A stretch of 64,000 nt of DNA from NCBI RefSeq assembly GCF_964355755.1, contig NC_092671.1, positions 23,510,070 through 23,574,069 on the forward strand, read 5' to 3'. Position 1 is the first letter of the stretch. Each line of letters starts with the position of its first letter. The DNA is from Antedon mediterranea. Lineage: Eukaryota > Animalia > Echinodermata. The translations under genes were made by a program, and so were the position numbers. Below, piece after piece: positions 40,855 through 53,138 of the stretch. Below the pieces are notes generated by a model, which did no database searches, was not told the DNA's origin, and saw only the letters and a program-made list of their open reading frames with translations.

Positions 40855-42997
40855 GGATGCTAGTCAAGTCGCCCCATCGCAAAGTCGCCCCATACAAAGT
40901 CGCCCCATACACAGTCGCCCCATCGCAAAGTCGCCCCAAAACAAAGTCGCCCTGACACAGTCGCCCCATTGCAAAGTCGCCCCATCGCAAAGTCGCCCCA
41001 ACGCAAAGTCGCCCCATCGCAAAGTCGCCCCAACACAAAGTCGCCCCATCGCAAAGTCGCCCCAAAACGTTAAAAAATAGTTTAAAAGTGCGTAAAATGT
41101 CGCAATGATACACAAAATAACACGGAACGTGTAGGCATAAAAGGGGAAGCCCCGCCATGTAGTCTCAGGTCACACGATCGGCACGCTCCCCAATCATCAG
41201 AGAGGAAGCCCCCAACTAATCACTCCGCGGTCGCACTAACGTGCTAGCTCTCACCAGAGGGAAACCCCCCCGTAATTACTCCGCCGTTGTCGCACTACAA
41301 CGCACCATCTGAAGATGGGGAAACCCCGTCGGAGTTTTACGATGATATCAGTCGCGTTCGAAATCGGTGGCGTTTAATTTTGGTCGCGATAAAATGATGT
41401 TATACGATCTAGATTATTTTTACTTTGGTCGATGAATATTTATTATTATTAGGCCTATATTAATAATTGATTTTTGTTTTTATTTTACACTGAGGTCTAT
41501 GATGAGAGAAAGATGTGTGCCTTAAAAATGACAATTTGTAAACATAGTTTAAGATTATAGTAAGCCTATTATTCAGCATAATGTCATTTAACAGTACATA
41601 AATTTAAATGTGAAATATTTTATAGGGAACGTAGGCTACGTCTGTGTCTTTTATTTTTATATGCAACAAATTAGGTAAAACAATTTATTTATAAACATTC
41701 AGTTTACTATTATATACATAGTATTACAATGAACATTGATTATAAGCCTGGAAATGCAATCCCATCATTATATCCATTATAAAATTGCATCATATCGCCA
41801 CGATATGTCGTAAATGATGACGTGCATGTGTGTATTCGTCGTACGTCCGTGTACGTAATTCCGTGCCTCTTCACTGTCTTGTTTATTAAAATTAAATAAA
41901 CACCCGATATGAGGATATTTATTAGGCATGATAATTAGAATGTTCTATAACCAAAAGGGTTGAAAAGAATTTCTTCAGTAAAATGATCATTCTGCTGTTG
42001 AATAAAAAGCGACTCGCAATCTGAAACATTCTCTGAAACCAATCGGAGCTGCTCCTTCTCGTATCTGTTTCCTTCTCACAGCTGCTACGTCTTTCTGCTG
42101 CCCGTCGGGGATTCCCCTTTTAAAAAAAACACGCACACGATAATCATACTGTACGATGGTTTTTCCATGGTCAAAATGTAGCGTTTTAATTTTACTAAAA
42201 TACCTGCATGTGTAAAACGATCATATCGGCGAAGAAATCCCCTTTTTTTTATTTCTTCAAGTCATAATTAAAATTAAATAACTATAGACACATAACTTGT
42301 CAATAAATGCAAAATGATTAATAAGTAGCCTATATATAACATTTATTGTCTTACAACGCTGTTATTGTTTTAACTACTGTAAATATACGAAGGCCTACTA
42401 TTTATACACTTATTATATTATCCTAAAAAATGAGCTGGTATCCACGCGTAGGTTGAAGAAAGATTCGTAATTGTGGCTCTGGTAACTAATTTTAAAATCA
42501 TATTAAATTATTTTCGAAACTATAAATCAGGGATAATCTTTTCGAAATCTTTTTAGAACTTTCAAACAAGGGACTATTTTTTAATGATTTTTAAAAAGCA
42601 CATCACTCCATTAAAACCTGTAAAATAAAAATTAAAACACAAATTATGTATATATTAATAGGATAAACATTATAATGTATACGACCTTTAGGGCGACCAA
42701 AGTAACAACGCAATCGATATCAAACGCAACCGCTATATGATTAAAACAGCGTACTACTACTAGCGGCGGCACTTCCGAAATAAAACCGTGGGCGACTTTG
42801 CGATGGGGCGACTTTGCGATGGGGCGACTTTGCGTTGGGGCGACTTTGCGATGGGGCGACTTTGCGATGGGGCGACTTTTTAATGGGGCGACTGTGCCGG
42901 GGCGACTTTGTTTTGGGGCGACTTTGCGATGGGGCGACTTTGTATTGGGCGACTTTGTATGGGGCGACTTTGCGATGGGGCGACTTGACTGGATTCC
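40855..42997. mobile_element. Complete MULE-like non-autonomous element (2.1 kb) with TIRs of about 210 bp built from 13 x 14-16-bp repeats
   Basis: Termini GGATGCTAGTCAAGTCGCCCC / GGGGCGACTTGACTGGATTCC; flanks AATAAAACA / CATAAAACA (9-bp TSD with 1 mismatch). Confidence 0.8.
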
Positions 42998-43154
42998 CAT
43001 AAAACACACGGTTTGCGAATTGGTATATTTTGACGATACGCAGTTCTCTGATCATCTTTAGACTATAAATTGCTTCTGAACATCGTGTGTGTAGTGGTTG
43101 ATGTGTAGAATCTGAAAAAAAATCAGATAAGCTTACCTTACGACTACGTCCGAA

Positions 43155-43176
43155 ATGGCTGCAGCAACCGAATTAG
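43155..43176 (+). CDS. Possible first coding exon (MAAATEL-) of an unidentified downstream gene
   Basis: GAAATGG start context and AG|GTAATT donor, followed by a TAGGCCTAG cluster like that after 1023; no further exons confidently identified. Confidence 0.3.
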
Positions 43177-43573
43177 GTAATTATTTTTTAATATTATTAG
43201 CGCTAGGCCTAGCCTCTACTAGGGCCCGCCCCGGTCTAGCCTATGTCACTAGGCCTAGGCCTATGTGTAGGGGTGAACAGACTGTCGGTCACGGACATCA
43301 TACAGAATAGACACGATCCGGTCCATTTTTTGGCGGTAATTCCGTTTCGCACCGGTTTTTATTTCGACTTCCTTTTGACTTCAAACTTGTTAAAGATGTA
43401 TTGTCCCTGGTGGGCCTTGAAACACTAAAAACTGAAAAAGGTCAAAATATTCTAAAATTTAAATTGGCCATAATAATAATTTATTTGGAGTTTACACTTT
43501 TTTTACAACAGTGGCACTCGACTAGTCAGTGGAAGGTGCATCCATAAGAAATATACAAACAAAAAAATGATAT

Positions 43574-43810
43574 ACAGTCAACTCTGCTTAAGTCGAATTC
43601 GCGTAAGTCGAAAAATTGCGAAAGTCGAATTTTTATGAAAGTCCCAATTCTTTCCTATACATTACTGTGCAATTTTTATTTGCAAGTCGAATTTTTCTAA
43701 GTCGATGTCTTTTTGCCATACGAATACATACATTCTTAGTGATTTATAATCATATAAGTCAAAGTCACAAATCACGTGGTAAAAAGCTGATGAAATGTAC
43801 GTAAATTCGA
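43574..43810 (+). mobile_element. Left end of a pogo/Tigger-like MITE
   Basis: TA|CAGTCAACTCTGCTTAAGTCGAA start with repeated AAGTCGAA motifs; right end not found. Confidence 0.5.
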
Positions 43811-44579
43811 TAAACAAATGACAGAGGTGATAATATGGTACCATACATATCGGTTCTCTCAAGCAGGTTGTTTAGCATAGGCGGTGTCCTATATAACTAT
43901 AGCTAGTATATATCTGTGAGTTGTTTTTAGCGTTGAGAACTTGGGCGGCGTTTTGTGGGTACCCATTTTGTGCTAGACAGATGACAATAAACATAGGGAT
44001 AACGATGCAAAATTAAAATCTGTTATTTTTCAACCAATTTAAACATTATATGTTAGTATTTTGTTTCAATATTCCAATAAAGAAAGAATTACGAAAATCT
44101 GACTTGTAGTTTTCGAAATATAAGGTCTAAAACATCTCCGAAAATGATCGTTTTTGGCCACGAACGTTGTAAACAAATTGCGCCCTCAGTCGACAATTGT
44201 ATGAACCACACCGTTTTTTTATAAAATAATTACAAATAATTACATTTTATAGTAATTTATTTTATATATCAACATTGGAAATATCAATAAAATATGTTAT
44301 TAAATGTTTACAAAATATATAAAGTTGTTTATTTAACAGAATTCGTACAAATTCATTGCTCTAAATTTGTGTAGTAACATCAGTACAGACAGACCATGTG
44401 ACTTCGCGGTACACGCGAGAGAAAACATTCCGCTGTGGGTGATTCGCGTCCACCAATCAAATAGCCAGGATCCAAAATCATTCAACCGTGAGCTCTGCCG
44501 ATCGCTGGAAATCTCAGCTTTGATTGGCTTACGATGACATCATATCACAAAATGGTGGTTTTGTAGTTGAGCCTCACGT

Positions 44580-45080
44580 AATTTTCACAATTTTATTTAA
44601 AAAATGAAATAAATGGACCTGCTTTATGGTATGTGTGATTTTTCTCTAAAAGATTTAAATAATAAAGGCTTCATACAGAGAAAAAACCGTTTTTTTGGCA
44701 CTTATAATAAATATTTCTCAGAGAAAAAAGCACATGGCATGTAGAACTATATTATCTTGGCGTAGGAAGACAAACAAATCCCAGGTCATGAGAGGTTCAA
44801 CTACAAAAACAAGGTTGAATAGGTTAGGTCACTGGACCGTCGAAGGTTTTTGAGTAAACAATCTACCGCGTATGGTCGTACGCGCTAGACAGTACGATAT
44901 TTTAACCACATTTTTTACATGTTTGGTTGAATATAATGACGATAAAAAATAGTTGATCTTATGGAATGATATGTAAATAAATAAATACTCAAAAGAATTA
45001 TGTTTACAGTTCAATTATTTTCAGAATAATATTACATAAAAATGTGTTTACCAATGGACAAATAATCGCGTCAATGACAT
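44580..45080. repeat. Interspersed repeat with a second copy at about 63215-63688
   Basis: Colinear direct similarity, e.g. ATTATCTTGGCGTAGGAAGACAAACAAAT and TAATCGCGTCAATGACA. Confidence 0.8.
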
Positions 45081-46500
45081 AGCGCGCATGGTAACGTACG
45101 CGGAGTTGAATCGTGGCAATAACAATGGAGTCAACTCTTGGTAACCCTAATAAACAATGGATACCGATTTCAAATTAGAACCAAAATGTATTTATTATAC
45201 GTTTTCTTATTGTTACAGTTTAAAGGCCCATTTATACTAGGACGATAACTATGGACGATAAATATATAAACCTGCATTTTTTTTACATAAAACAAAATAA
45301 ATTAGAAAGGTTTTCGTTCTAGAACTATAGGATAATCATTCATGCTGTCTTTGATAAAAATAATATTTTTAAAATTCCAATCAAATGACGTCATGATAAA
45401 TAAAAACAATAAAATCATTGTATTGTCACGATATTATTGCTCTTACTAATCATGACGTCATTTGATTGGACGTGTGAACAGGGCTCGATTTTTGAAATTT
45501 TACTAGCTAGACCACTGGGCTTGTTCAATGTGAGTTTCACTAGCCCACTGGATGTTTCACTAATCCGCTTATTGACTAAATCTTACTGGGTATATACCGC
45601 ACACCTGAATCAAAACTAACTAAACTACTGTAAGTTCTAGTTAGTTTATACAGTAGGCCTATGCTGTAGTTTAAAGGTCAATAACCATACTATCGGCTAT
45701 TCTTGTACAAAATGTGCCATTAGACTGGATAGAAACACACATGTTTTAAACAATTTAAAACGAAAAAAAAATTCATAAGACCACAATTTTCAAAGTTATA
45801 TTATTATTATATTATTATATTACATAGCCTATATAAATACGCGAACGTGATTGGTTGAAACTGCATCACATGACTACCGCTGCGAGGATCGTAAATCGTA
45901 TATATCCTCGAGAACGATGATATTGACTGTGTAATTTTCGCGTAATAATCGTGTCCCCTGTCATTAATCATATAAATTCTCGAGTACGATGATATTGACT
46001 GTGTAATTTTCGTGTGCAACACTCGAGTTTGCCGATAAATAAACAAAAGTCATCTACTCGATCTTGAACTCGGGTGGAATTGTCACTCCATCGCAAGACA
46101 ACGTTTCATCCGCTGGGCCACGGAATTTGCTTGAAGAAATTAATCTTCTAAACTATTTAAGCTATGCATACATAGCGCCCTCATTTGTTATAAGTCCACC
46201 CTAGTAGTAACCTAGTAACTAGTACGCGCTGAACATCCGGTAATTCGGCTCCTCGAAGATCGAGAGAAGACGAATTGTTTATTCGGCCTACCTGATTATA
46301 AATTCTTCTGTTAATTTAAACGACCTAGGCCTAAGTGAATATTTTATTGCCAAGGAATCATTAATTAGTAATTATCTGTATATTATTCTTCGCAAGGTAA
46401 GGTGTCTAGGCAGGCTTGTTTTAAATACAATACAAATACTATAGGAGGCCTAGCCTAGCTTCACCCAACCCAGCAGACTTGTTCTTGGCTATATAATATA

Positions 46501-46686
46501 ACAGATATTGCCTTTTATATCGGTTAAATATAAGATTTGACATCCCCTCGGGAATGATATTAAGTTCTCGGGGAATATATATTTCCCTCAGCTGGCGCTT
46601 CGGAAAATATATATTCCCTCGAACTTAATATCATTCCCTCGAGGATGTCAAATCTTATATTTAACCTCTAAGCAGTCAATATCTGT
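46501..46686. repeat. Long imperfect hairpin (arms of about 85 bp)
   Basis: ACAGATATTG..GGTTAAATATAAGATTTGACATCC..GGGAATGATATTAAGTTC mirrored around 46590-46600. Confidence 0.8.
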
Positions 46687-47192
46687 ATAATATTTGACTA
46701 ATAGTTCAAAGGTCAATAGTTGTAGAATCGGCCATTTTTGTAAAAACATTTCATTATAATAAATATGAATGTATAGTTTCTGAACAATTTGAGCCCTATT
46801 TCGTGTCTCTCCGATTATTGGTTACTGAGATACGATAAATCAAGGTCAAAGGTCAAAATGCCAGAAATAAGACTTGCATCCATTTTTTGAGAAAATGTGT
46901 CATTAAAGTGAATATAAAAACATATATTTAAAACATTTTGACACCAAAATTAATTATCTTTGACAAGTGGTTCTCGAGATATAGGGTAATTATAAAAAAT
47001 GGCCGCCATTTTTAATTATGCAAATTAAAGGCTTAGATGGCCGAATTTCGCTTGGGATCTGCCATATTCGTAATCAGCAAGGTCGAAATATCCTAAATCA
47101 AGTGGATCCCAGCTTCTACCCAAAAATGCTTCTTGATTCGTTTTCTAGGCTGTTTTTTCAGAAATCTACTAGGCCTAGCCTAGGCCTATAAT

Positions 47193-49201
47193 TAGGTATC
47201 CCAATGAAAGCGCACAGAGGGGTATCACTTTTGAAATATTGACGAAATTCGAAAAAGTAGTATGACTTTGATGTTAAATAAATCGTATTCAATCTTAATT
47301 AATACTTACAAAATTTATATTGTTTGAAAGTACTTGTTTTAATCTTTGTATAAGTGTGTTTATAATTAAAATTAATGAATTAGTTGCCGAGAAAATGCGA
47401 TTTTAAAACGGTTCTAAAATCCCGTCGAGCCGATTTCCGCGCGTTGAAAACCTCATCGGAAAATCCCCATCAGTTTTCAAAACACGATCGCACGATTACC
47501 ATTGGAGCTAGCGGATTAATTTTTGTTGTATGTTATCAGGCTTTAAATAAGCTTTAATTTGATACGAAAATCGTCTTCTATAAATAGGTTTTTCGTAACG
47601 AAAAGTCAATTTTTGTGACAAAAATCCAATTTTGATTCACCGTTTATGGAAAAATATTATGGATTTTGGTATTAAATTATAGCTAAATCTACATTGAAAT
47701 CGATAAAACATAGTTTACAAACGTATTGTGCATGGTAATTGAGCGAACTACATTTTAAAATGGTGCATGAGGCGTAAATCCCGTTCAAAATTTTAAAGAT
47801 CCAACCATTATAATCCGGTGAATATTGTAGTGAGTAAAATATTGTACTCTAAAATACGCGCGTGTTTGTTGTGGCGTTTTCCGTTAAATACATTAATGCA
47901 CCCTATCAGCGAATGGTACGTTCCATATTTTGAACACGTTGTTTAGTTTTCCTCGCTCGAGTTCGACCGGCTCGACGCGAGATGTGTGACAGCAGCGATG
48001 TCGGAGATTGACATGTCCTTTTCCGTCGTAGAATATCTGGTTTTACACATTAATTTAACAACTTAAAATTAATGTAATGTGCGGAAGATTTATTATGCAA
48101 GTATACAATGCAAATGCGTTAGGTTAAAATGTACCGAGGAAATTTATTAAGCTAATTTACCAACGTTACATTTGACTCTGTATACGGCGGCCGAAAGTCA
48201 TTAACTGCGACCGAAATACTTTAACGGAGCGACTACTGATCGCGAGTAAGCCGTGACTTGGCCTAAACTTTAGCTCCGTATTTCAATTTAATAACGTAAT
48301 AATACGAAAAGAAAACAATTTTTATAATGTTATATATACTATTCAGGTAAACAATTAATTGTTTTAATTAACATTGATTATTTTAAATGAGTTTATTTTG
48401 ACCCATATTGTGCGTTTGCCTTAAAAGAGCATATCTTACTTAGCTTAGATTTGGTGTCATAATCATATGGGCCTAAAATCTTGTTTTACGTATTCAAAAG
48501 TTATATATAATAGTATTTATGATTGAAATTATAAATATAAAGTATATTATAAAATATTCTAATAATTATACTTACCGAAAATTAGTGTAAAAGAAAGGAA
48601 ACAGTACACACCGTTTTTAACATACTTTTTCATTTTTTCTTTTTATAATTTTAAATTTCACCATTAAAAAAAATTTTTTTTTTCATATACACATCTAAAA
48701 TATATTTATTAATGAAATATACACTACATTCTAACAAGTACAAAAAAAATTAAATGAATTAGTACAGTAGTTCAAAAGTTACAGATCATTGAAAAATTGC
48801 AGTTTTTTCATTTTTTAGGGAATTCCAGCAAAAATGGGCGTTAAATGCTTTCCTACCACTTTGCGGACCAATAATTTAAAAAATAGGTTTCGTTGAGGCT
48901 CCAAAAAAAATAGAGTTGTACAACTCTGTGATATCTATAGGTTTAACAAAATTCAAAACTTTTAACTAATTATTGTAAAAGTTATAACCTTTTAAAAATG
49001 CTTCCAATTTCAACTGCAAAAAACACCATTTTTAGGCAAAAAATCGTATATTTTTTTACCACTTTAAATAACCATAACTTTAGAACGGGTAATCGGATTT
49101 CAATCATTTAAATCGCAAAATGCTAATTACATTAAGTTCTTTATGGTTAACTGAAAGAAAATGTAAAAAAATTAATCTGAATTTTTTCATTGGGATACCT
49201 A
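47193..49201 (+). mobile_element. 2.0-kb non-autonomous TIR element, copy 1 (TAG...CTA termini, possibly Academ-type)
   Basis: 17-bp TIR TAGGTATCCCAATGAAA; a full inverted copy lies at 57883-62181; no clear TSD. Confidence 0.8.
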
Positions 49202-50209
49202 CTATAATAAATAATATAGGGCTAGTTAGGCCTAGAACTAGGCCTAGAAATTAAAAACAAAAATTAAGTACCTGTATTTCACAAAGTAATACAAAAAAAA
49301 TATTAATGACAAGTTACTAAGTATCATTTGAATATTACATCTTAAAAATGTAATTAAGGAAAGGGTATTTGGCTGTGTTTACATACGGCGGTCACACACG
49401 CGATGCTTGCTAGAAGAGCTAGACCAGCTGCTGGGATGGTGAGACTAGAGGACATGTTTTGTCACTAAATTTGGGTAACCAAATTGGTTGATTTTTTTCG
49501 GAGAAAAAAAATTAATTAAAATTCCAAAGACAGAAGTGAAGCATCTTCCTCTAATTAATAAAAATAGGCCTACTTCTATTAAATTTTTTTTTTTATTAAC
49601 TATATTTTATACATTAAAATTGATTTGTTCAATAAAAGCAACCATTTGGTTGGTACTTGTTCTGGCTTAAAAGACTAGTTGAGGCATTTATCTGACACCG
49701 CACTGGATACACTGTGAGGTGTAATGGAAGTAAATTGGCACTTGAAAGCAGACAGGGGAATCCCCTTATTGGTGACTTGACACGCTGATTTAAGGAGCGT
49801 GATTAGTTGCTCTCCTTCGTTAACGTTAACGAGGAACGTGATTGCGAAGGCGCTCTATAAAAATGATGGACTACAAACAATTAGGCCAGTGGCTAGAGTA
49901 TTTTAATAATGCATTTTAAAAGTCTAGGCCTAAATATTCTCTAGCCTAATTATTTACACACTAGACACCCGGGCTTGTTGGGTGGAAGATTGACTAACCC
50001 AGAGCAGTTTTAACTAGACATTGTACGCCGGACTAGTGAAATATCGAGCCCTGGTGAAAATATCATTTTCATCAAAGGAAGCATAGAAGGTTATTCTATA
50101 GTTTTAGAATGAAAAGTTTTTATATTTCTTTTGTTTTATGTATGAAAAATGCACATTTGTCTATTTATCGTCGATCGTTATCGTCCTAGTGTAAATGGGC
50201 CTTAAACCA

Positions 50210-50760
50210 TAAAGAAAATCAGGAAGCCACTAACAACTCCTGTGACCTAAAGGAAGGGTGTTAGAACGTAGCTTGAATTTTAGGCTAGCACATAGAAAGT
50301 CTGTACAATTCAATAGATATTTTTCAAGGTACGGATTAAACTTAATAAGAGAGTATGTCTGAAGTGACGACTTTCTTAGCATTACACTTTTCCAAAATTC
50401 AATGTTTGTGTCATGCATCACCTAAAATCTCTTAGCCCAATGACTATCAAGGTCATTGCCAAGGTAGGAAGTTTCGAAAATCTAATCGATGTCCAAATTA
50501 ATAGACACACACGTCTTAGCAAAACTGCGGATCAGTTTATAGCGTGGCTCTACATTTGTTGTTGAATTTAGACACGTATTAAGCATAAAATTAGGCCAAC
50601 AGTGTTTATCCATGTTCATTACATAATTAATAAATTTGGCTCTAGATATATCTTGAATAACTTTAATTGGAACTGTCGTGGTTCGGGAATCCTTAATTTT
50701 GATTTGCTAGTTTTAGACCATTAAGGTTTGGTCTGTGAAGCCATGTATCCCATGCAACAA
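50210..50760 (-). pseudogene. Decayed non-LTR retrotransposon ORF2 C-terminal fragment
   Basis: FWKSVMLRKSSLQTYSLIKFNPYLEKYL...KLRSNTLPL resembles the post-RT region of LINE ORF2. Confidence 0.5.
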
Positions 50761-50877
50761 AACAATATGCAAGATGAGGCTGTGTTTACTCAGTATCGTT
50801 TATTTTCTTAACAGAAAAAAAATCCTGTATGAAACAACGTAATAATTATTATTATTTCATATCATACTCATACAGTA

Positions 50878-51918
50878 CAGAAAGAAAATACTGCAACTTT
50901 ACCTACGAAGTAGCTTCGTAGATAGAACGTAGGCTACGTTGTTGGCTTCGTAGGTTCCATTGTTTGGCTTCGTAACCTCAATAAACAACTTTCAATGAGC
51001 TACGTTCTGAACTTTGTAGGGAGTTCGTAACCTAAATAAACAACCCTACGATGTTCTTAGTGAAGTAAGGTGTGAAATTAATGTGTTAAATTTAACTGGC
51101 GGAGGACAAAGTTGTAAATTAATATACTCTCTGCTTACCGCAATCTCTCATGTTTTTTTTAATCAGTACGAGCACGAGTGGGTGACTACCGTCTGACGAC
51201 GATAAAACAGTAATTAAGATCGTGTACCTGGATTTTGTGTCACATGACATGAAACATAATACTCTCTAAACTGCTCAGCTCACATGTTTTTTCCCCTCCA
51301 AATTCTGGTCGGGCCTTTTTCTTTATACATGTCGTAATCATTTTAAAAGGCGTATTATGTATGTTAAATCTTAATATGGAATATATATTTATTTTGCATA
51401 TATTTTGTTGGTGTCCTAGCCTAATTGTCGTTGTTTTTATAATTCGCTAACCAAACAAGGTAGGAATAAATAATGTATAGTATAGGCCGCCAAAACAGGC
51501 TAGGCCTAGCCTCGACTCTCTACGTGAGCTGAGGTCCACCGGCCCGATGTCGTTTCGTCTGCGGATTTCCGTCCAAATTAGGATAACCGATGCGTAGGGT
51601 GGCTACAAAAATTGACCTATCTTTAGGTAGGATTTTAATTAGCAAACAATACATTGTTTGTTTGCATTGTCCATGCTTCTACGAACCACCCTACGATCGC
51701 GGCGTAGCCTAGATTTCATAACAATACATCGTAGGCTACGAACAATACATCGTAGGCTACGAACAATACATCGTAGACTAAGAACAATACATCGTAGGCT
51801 ACAAACAATACATCGTAAGAGAGAACAATACATCGTAGGCTACAAACAATACATTGTATGCTACAAACAATTACCTACGAAAGCCTACGCGTAGATACGA
51901 AGCAGCAATTTCTTTCTG
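50878..51918. mobile_element. TA-flanked MITE with CTACG/CGTAG subterminal motif arrays and a 21-bp tandem repeat (51720-51870)
   Basis: Termini CAGAAAGAAA...TTTCTTTCTG; flanks TACAGTA / TACTGTA; about 7 units of ACAATACATCGTAGGCTACGA. Confidence 0.8.
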
Positions 51919-51979
51919 TACTGTAGTAATATAATTGAACAATAAAAACTATCACAAGCTTACTATAATATGGTCAATA

Positions 51980-52462
51980 CAGTAGAACCTGTGTTTTACG
52001 TTCCCTTGATTTTACGTACGCTTAAAATAACCGATGACGTCATCATTTTCTTACATTGAGGGCGCAATTTAACAACAACAAAGCACACAAAGCCACAATA
52101 TGATGGCTGTGTGTGGAATTCTGCTGTGTGTTTGAGTCAAGCTACGCACGTGCATTTAAGCAGCGACTGTTTTTATTGATAGAAAATACAAGAACATTGA
52201 TATTTTACACTTTATTTAAACATCTCACAGCCTGTATATACTGTACAGTACTGTACTTTTCTAGCCTGGCCTGAATAGTCTAGGCAAGGCCTAGCTAGTG
52301 ACAACCTGCATGCTGTTCAATAAAGTAGACAAACAGGGTAGCCTTTATAGCTACGATCTCTACGTATTTGGGGTCAATTTAAGGTCAACCTTGATTTTAC
52401 GAATCCTTTGTTTTACGTACGCCTTTTGGTCCCGTACCGTACGTAAAATGGAGGTTCTACTG
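51980..52462. mobile_element. pogo/Tigger-like MITE
   Basis: TA|CAGTAGAACCT..TTTTACGT ... ACGTAAAA..AGGTTCTACTG|TA. Confidence 0.85.
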
Positions 52463-53138
52463 TATTGCTAATCAAACTGATTTTTGAGTCGAGAAACATA
52501 GTTTTGTATTGTATTTTTTGCTACACAATTTTAGAAAAGTGTAGCAAAAAGGTTGTTTTGTATAACTTTTTGCTATGCTACACTGGCGAAATTATTCCCT
52601 GACACTGTATTTGTATTTAAAAGGGTATTTTGCTTACACAAGGCATGTTATTTCATTAGAAATGTTTTTTTTTAATTACTAAATCAGATAAGGTAGATTG
52701 TACGATTATCATTTATGTGTTACTTAATATTGGCTGGCAATTTTTAATGTTTGTATACCGGCCTTCCTCTTACCTTGTATACCAAAATAAATAAATAATA
52801 ATTATCCAATAAAACATTGTTTAAAAACAAGCGTGTTGAATGTGTTGAACCCGTTGAGCGTTCGCGTATCGTTCATTGAATACGTTAGACAATGGAATTC
52901 TATAGCGTTCAACACGTTGAAGTCGTTGAGCTTTGATGAAACGTTCAACAATGCGTCGGTGACATCAATAGTGAAACGGCTGTTATCGGTAACACGTTTC
53001 AAGTCGTCGCCGCTCTAGTTTTAACAATGGCTTTTGTGACGGACAGTTATTGTAAAAAAACAATATAGATATTTTAATTCATAGAAATAAGTATAAAAAC
53101 CTTAGCAATACTCAGTGTTTCCACCATTCCAATCTTAG

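Larger units (their letters stand above)
45479..50053. mobile_element. hAT-like (hAT5-type) non-autonomous element, itself interrupted
   Basis: TIR CAGGGCTCGAT / ATCGAGCCCTG; 5-bp TSD GTGAA; subterminal ACTAG motifs. Confidence 0.7.
45224..50202. mobile_element. PIF/Harbinger-like MITE split by nested insertions (halves 45224-45478 and 50054-50202)
   Basis: TIR AGGCCCATTTATACTAGGACGATAAC / GTTATCGTCCTAGTGTAAATGGGCCT with a TAA TSD on both sides. Confidence 0.8.

Noticed and set aside
51639-51894. ORFs with TIHRRLR / LRCIV repeats
   Set aside because: Translation of a 21-bp tandem repeat within a MITE.
52756-52765. TACCGG as the left TIR of the two-gene transposon
   Set aside because: Match to the right end stops after 6 nt; the context looks like an unrelated AATAAA-tailed repeat.
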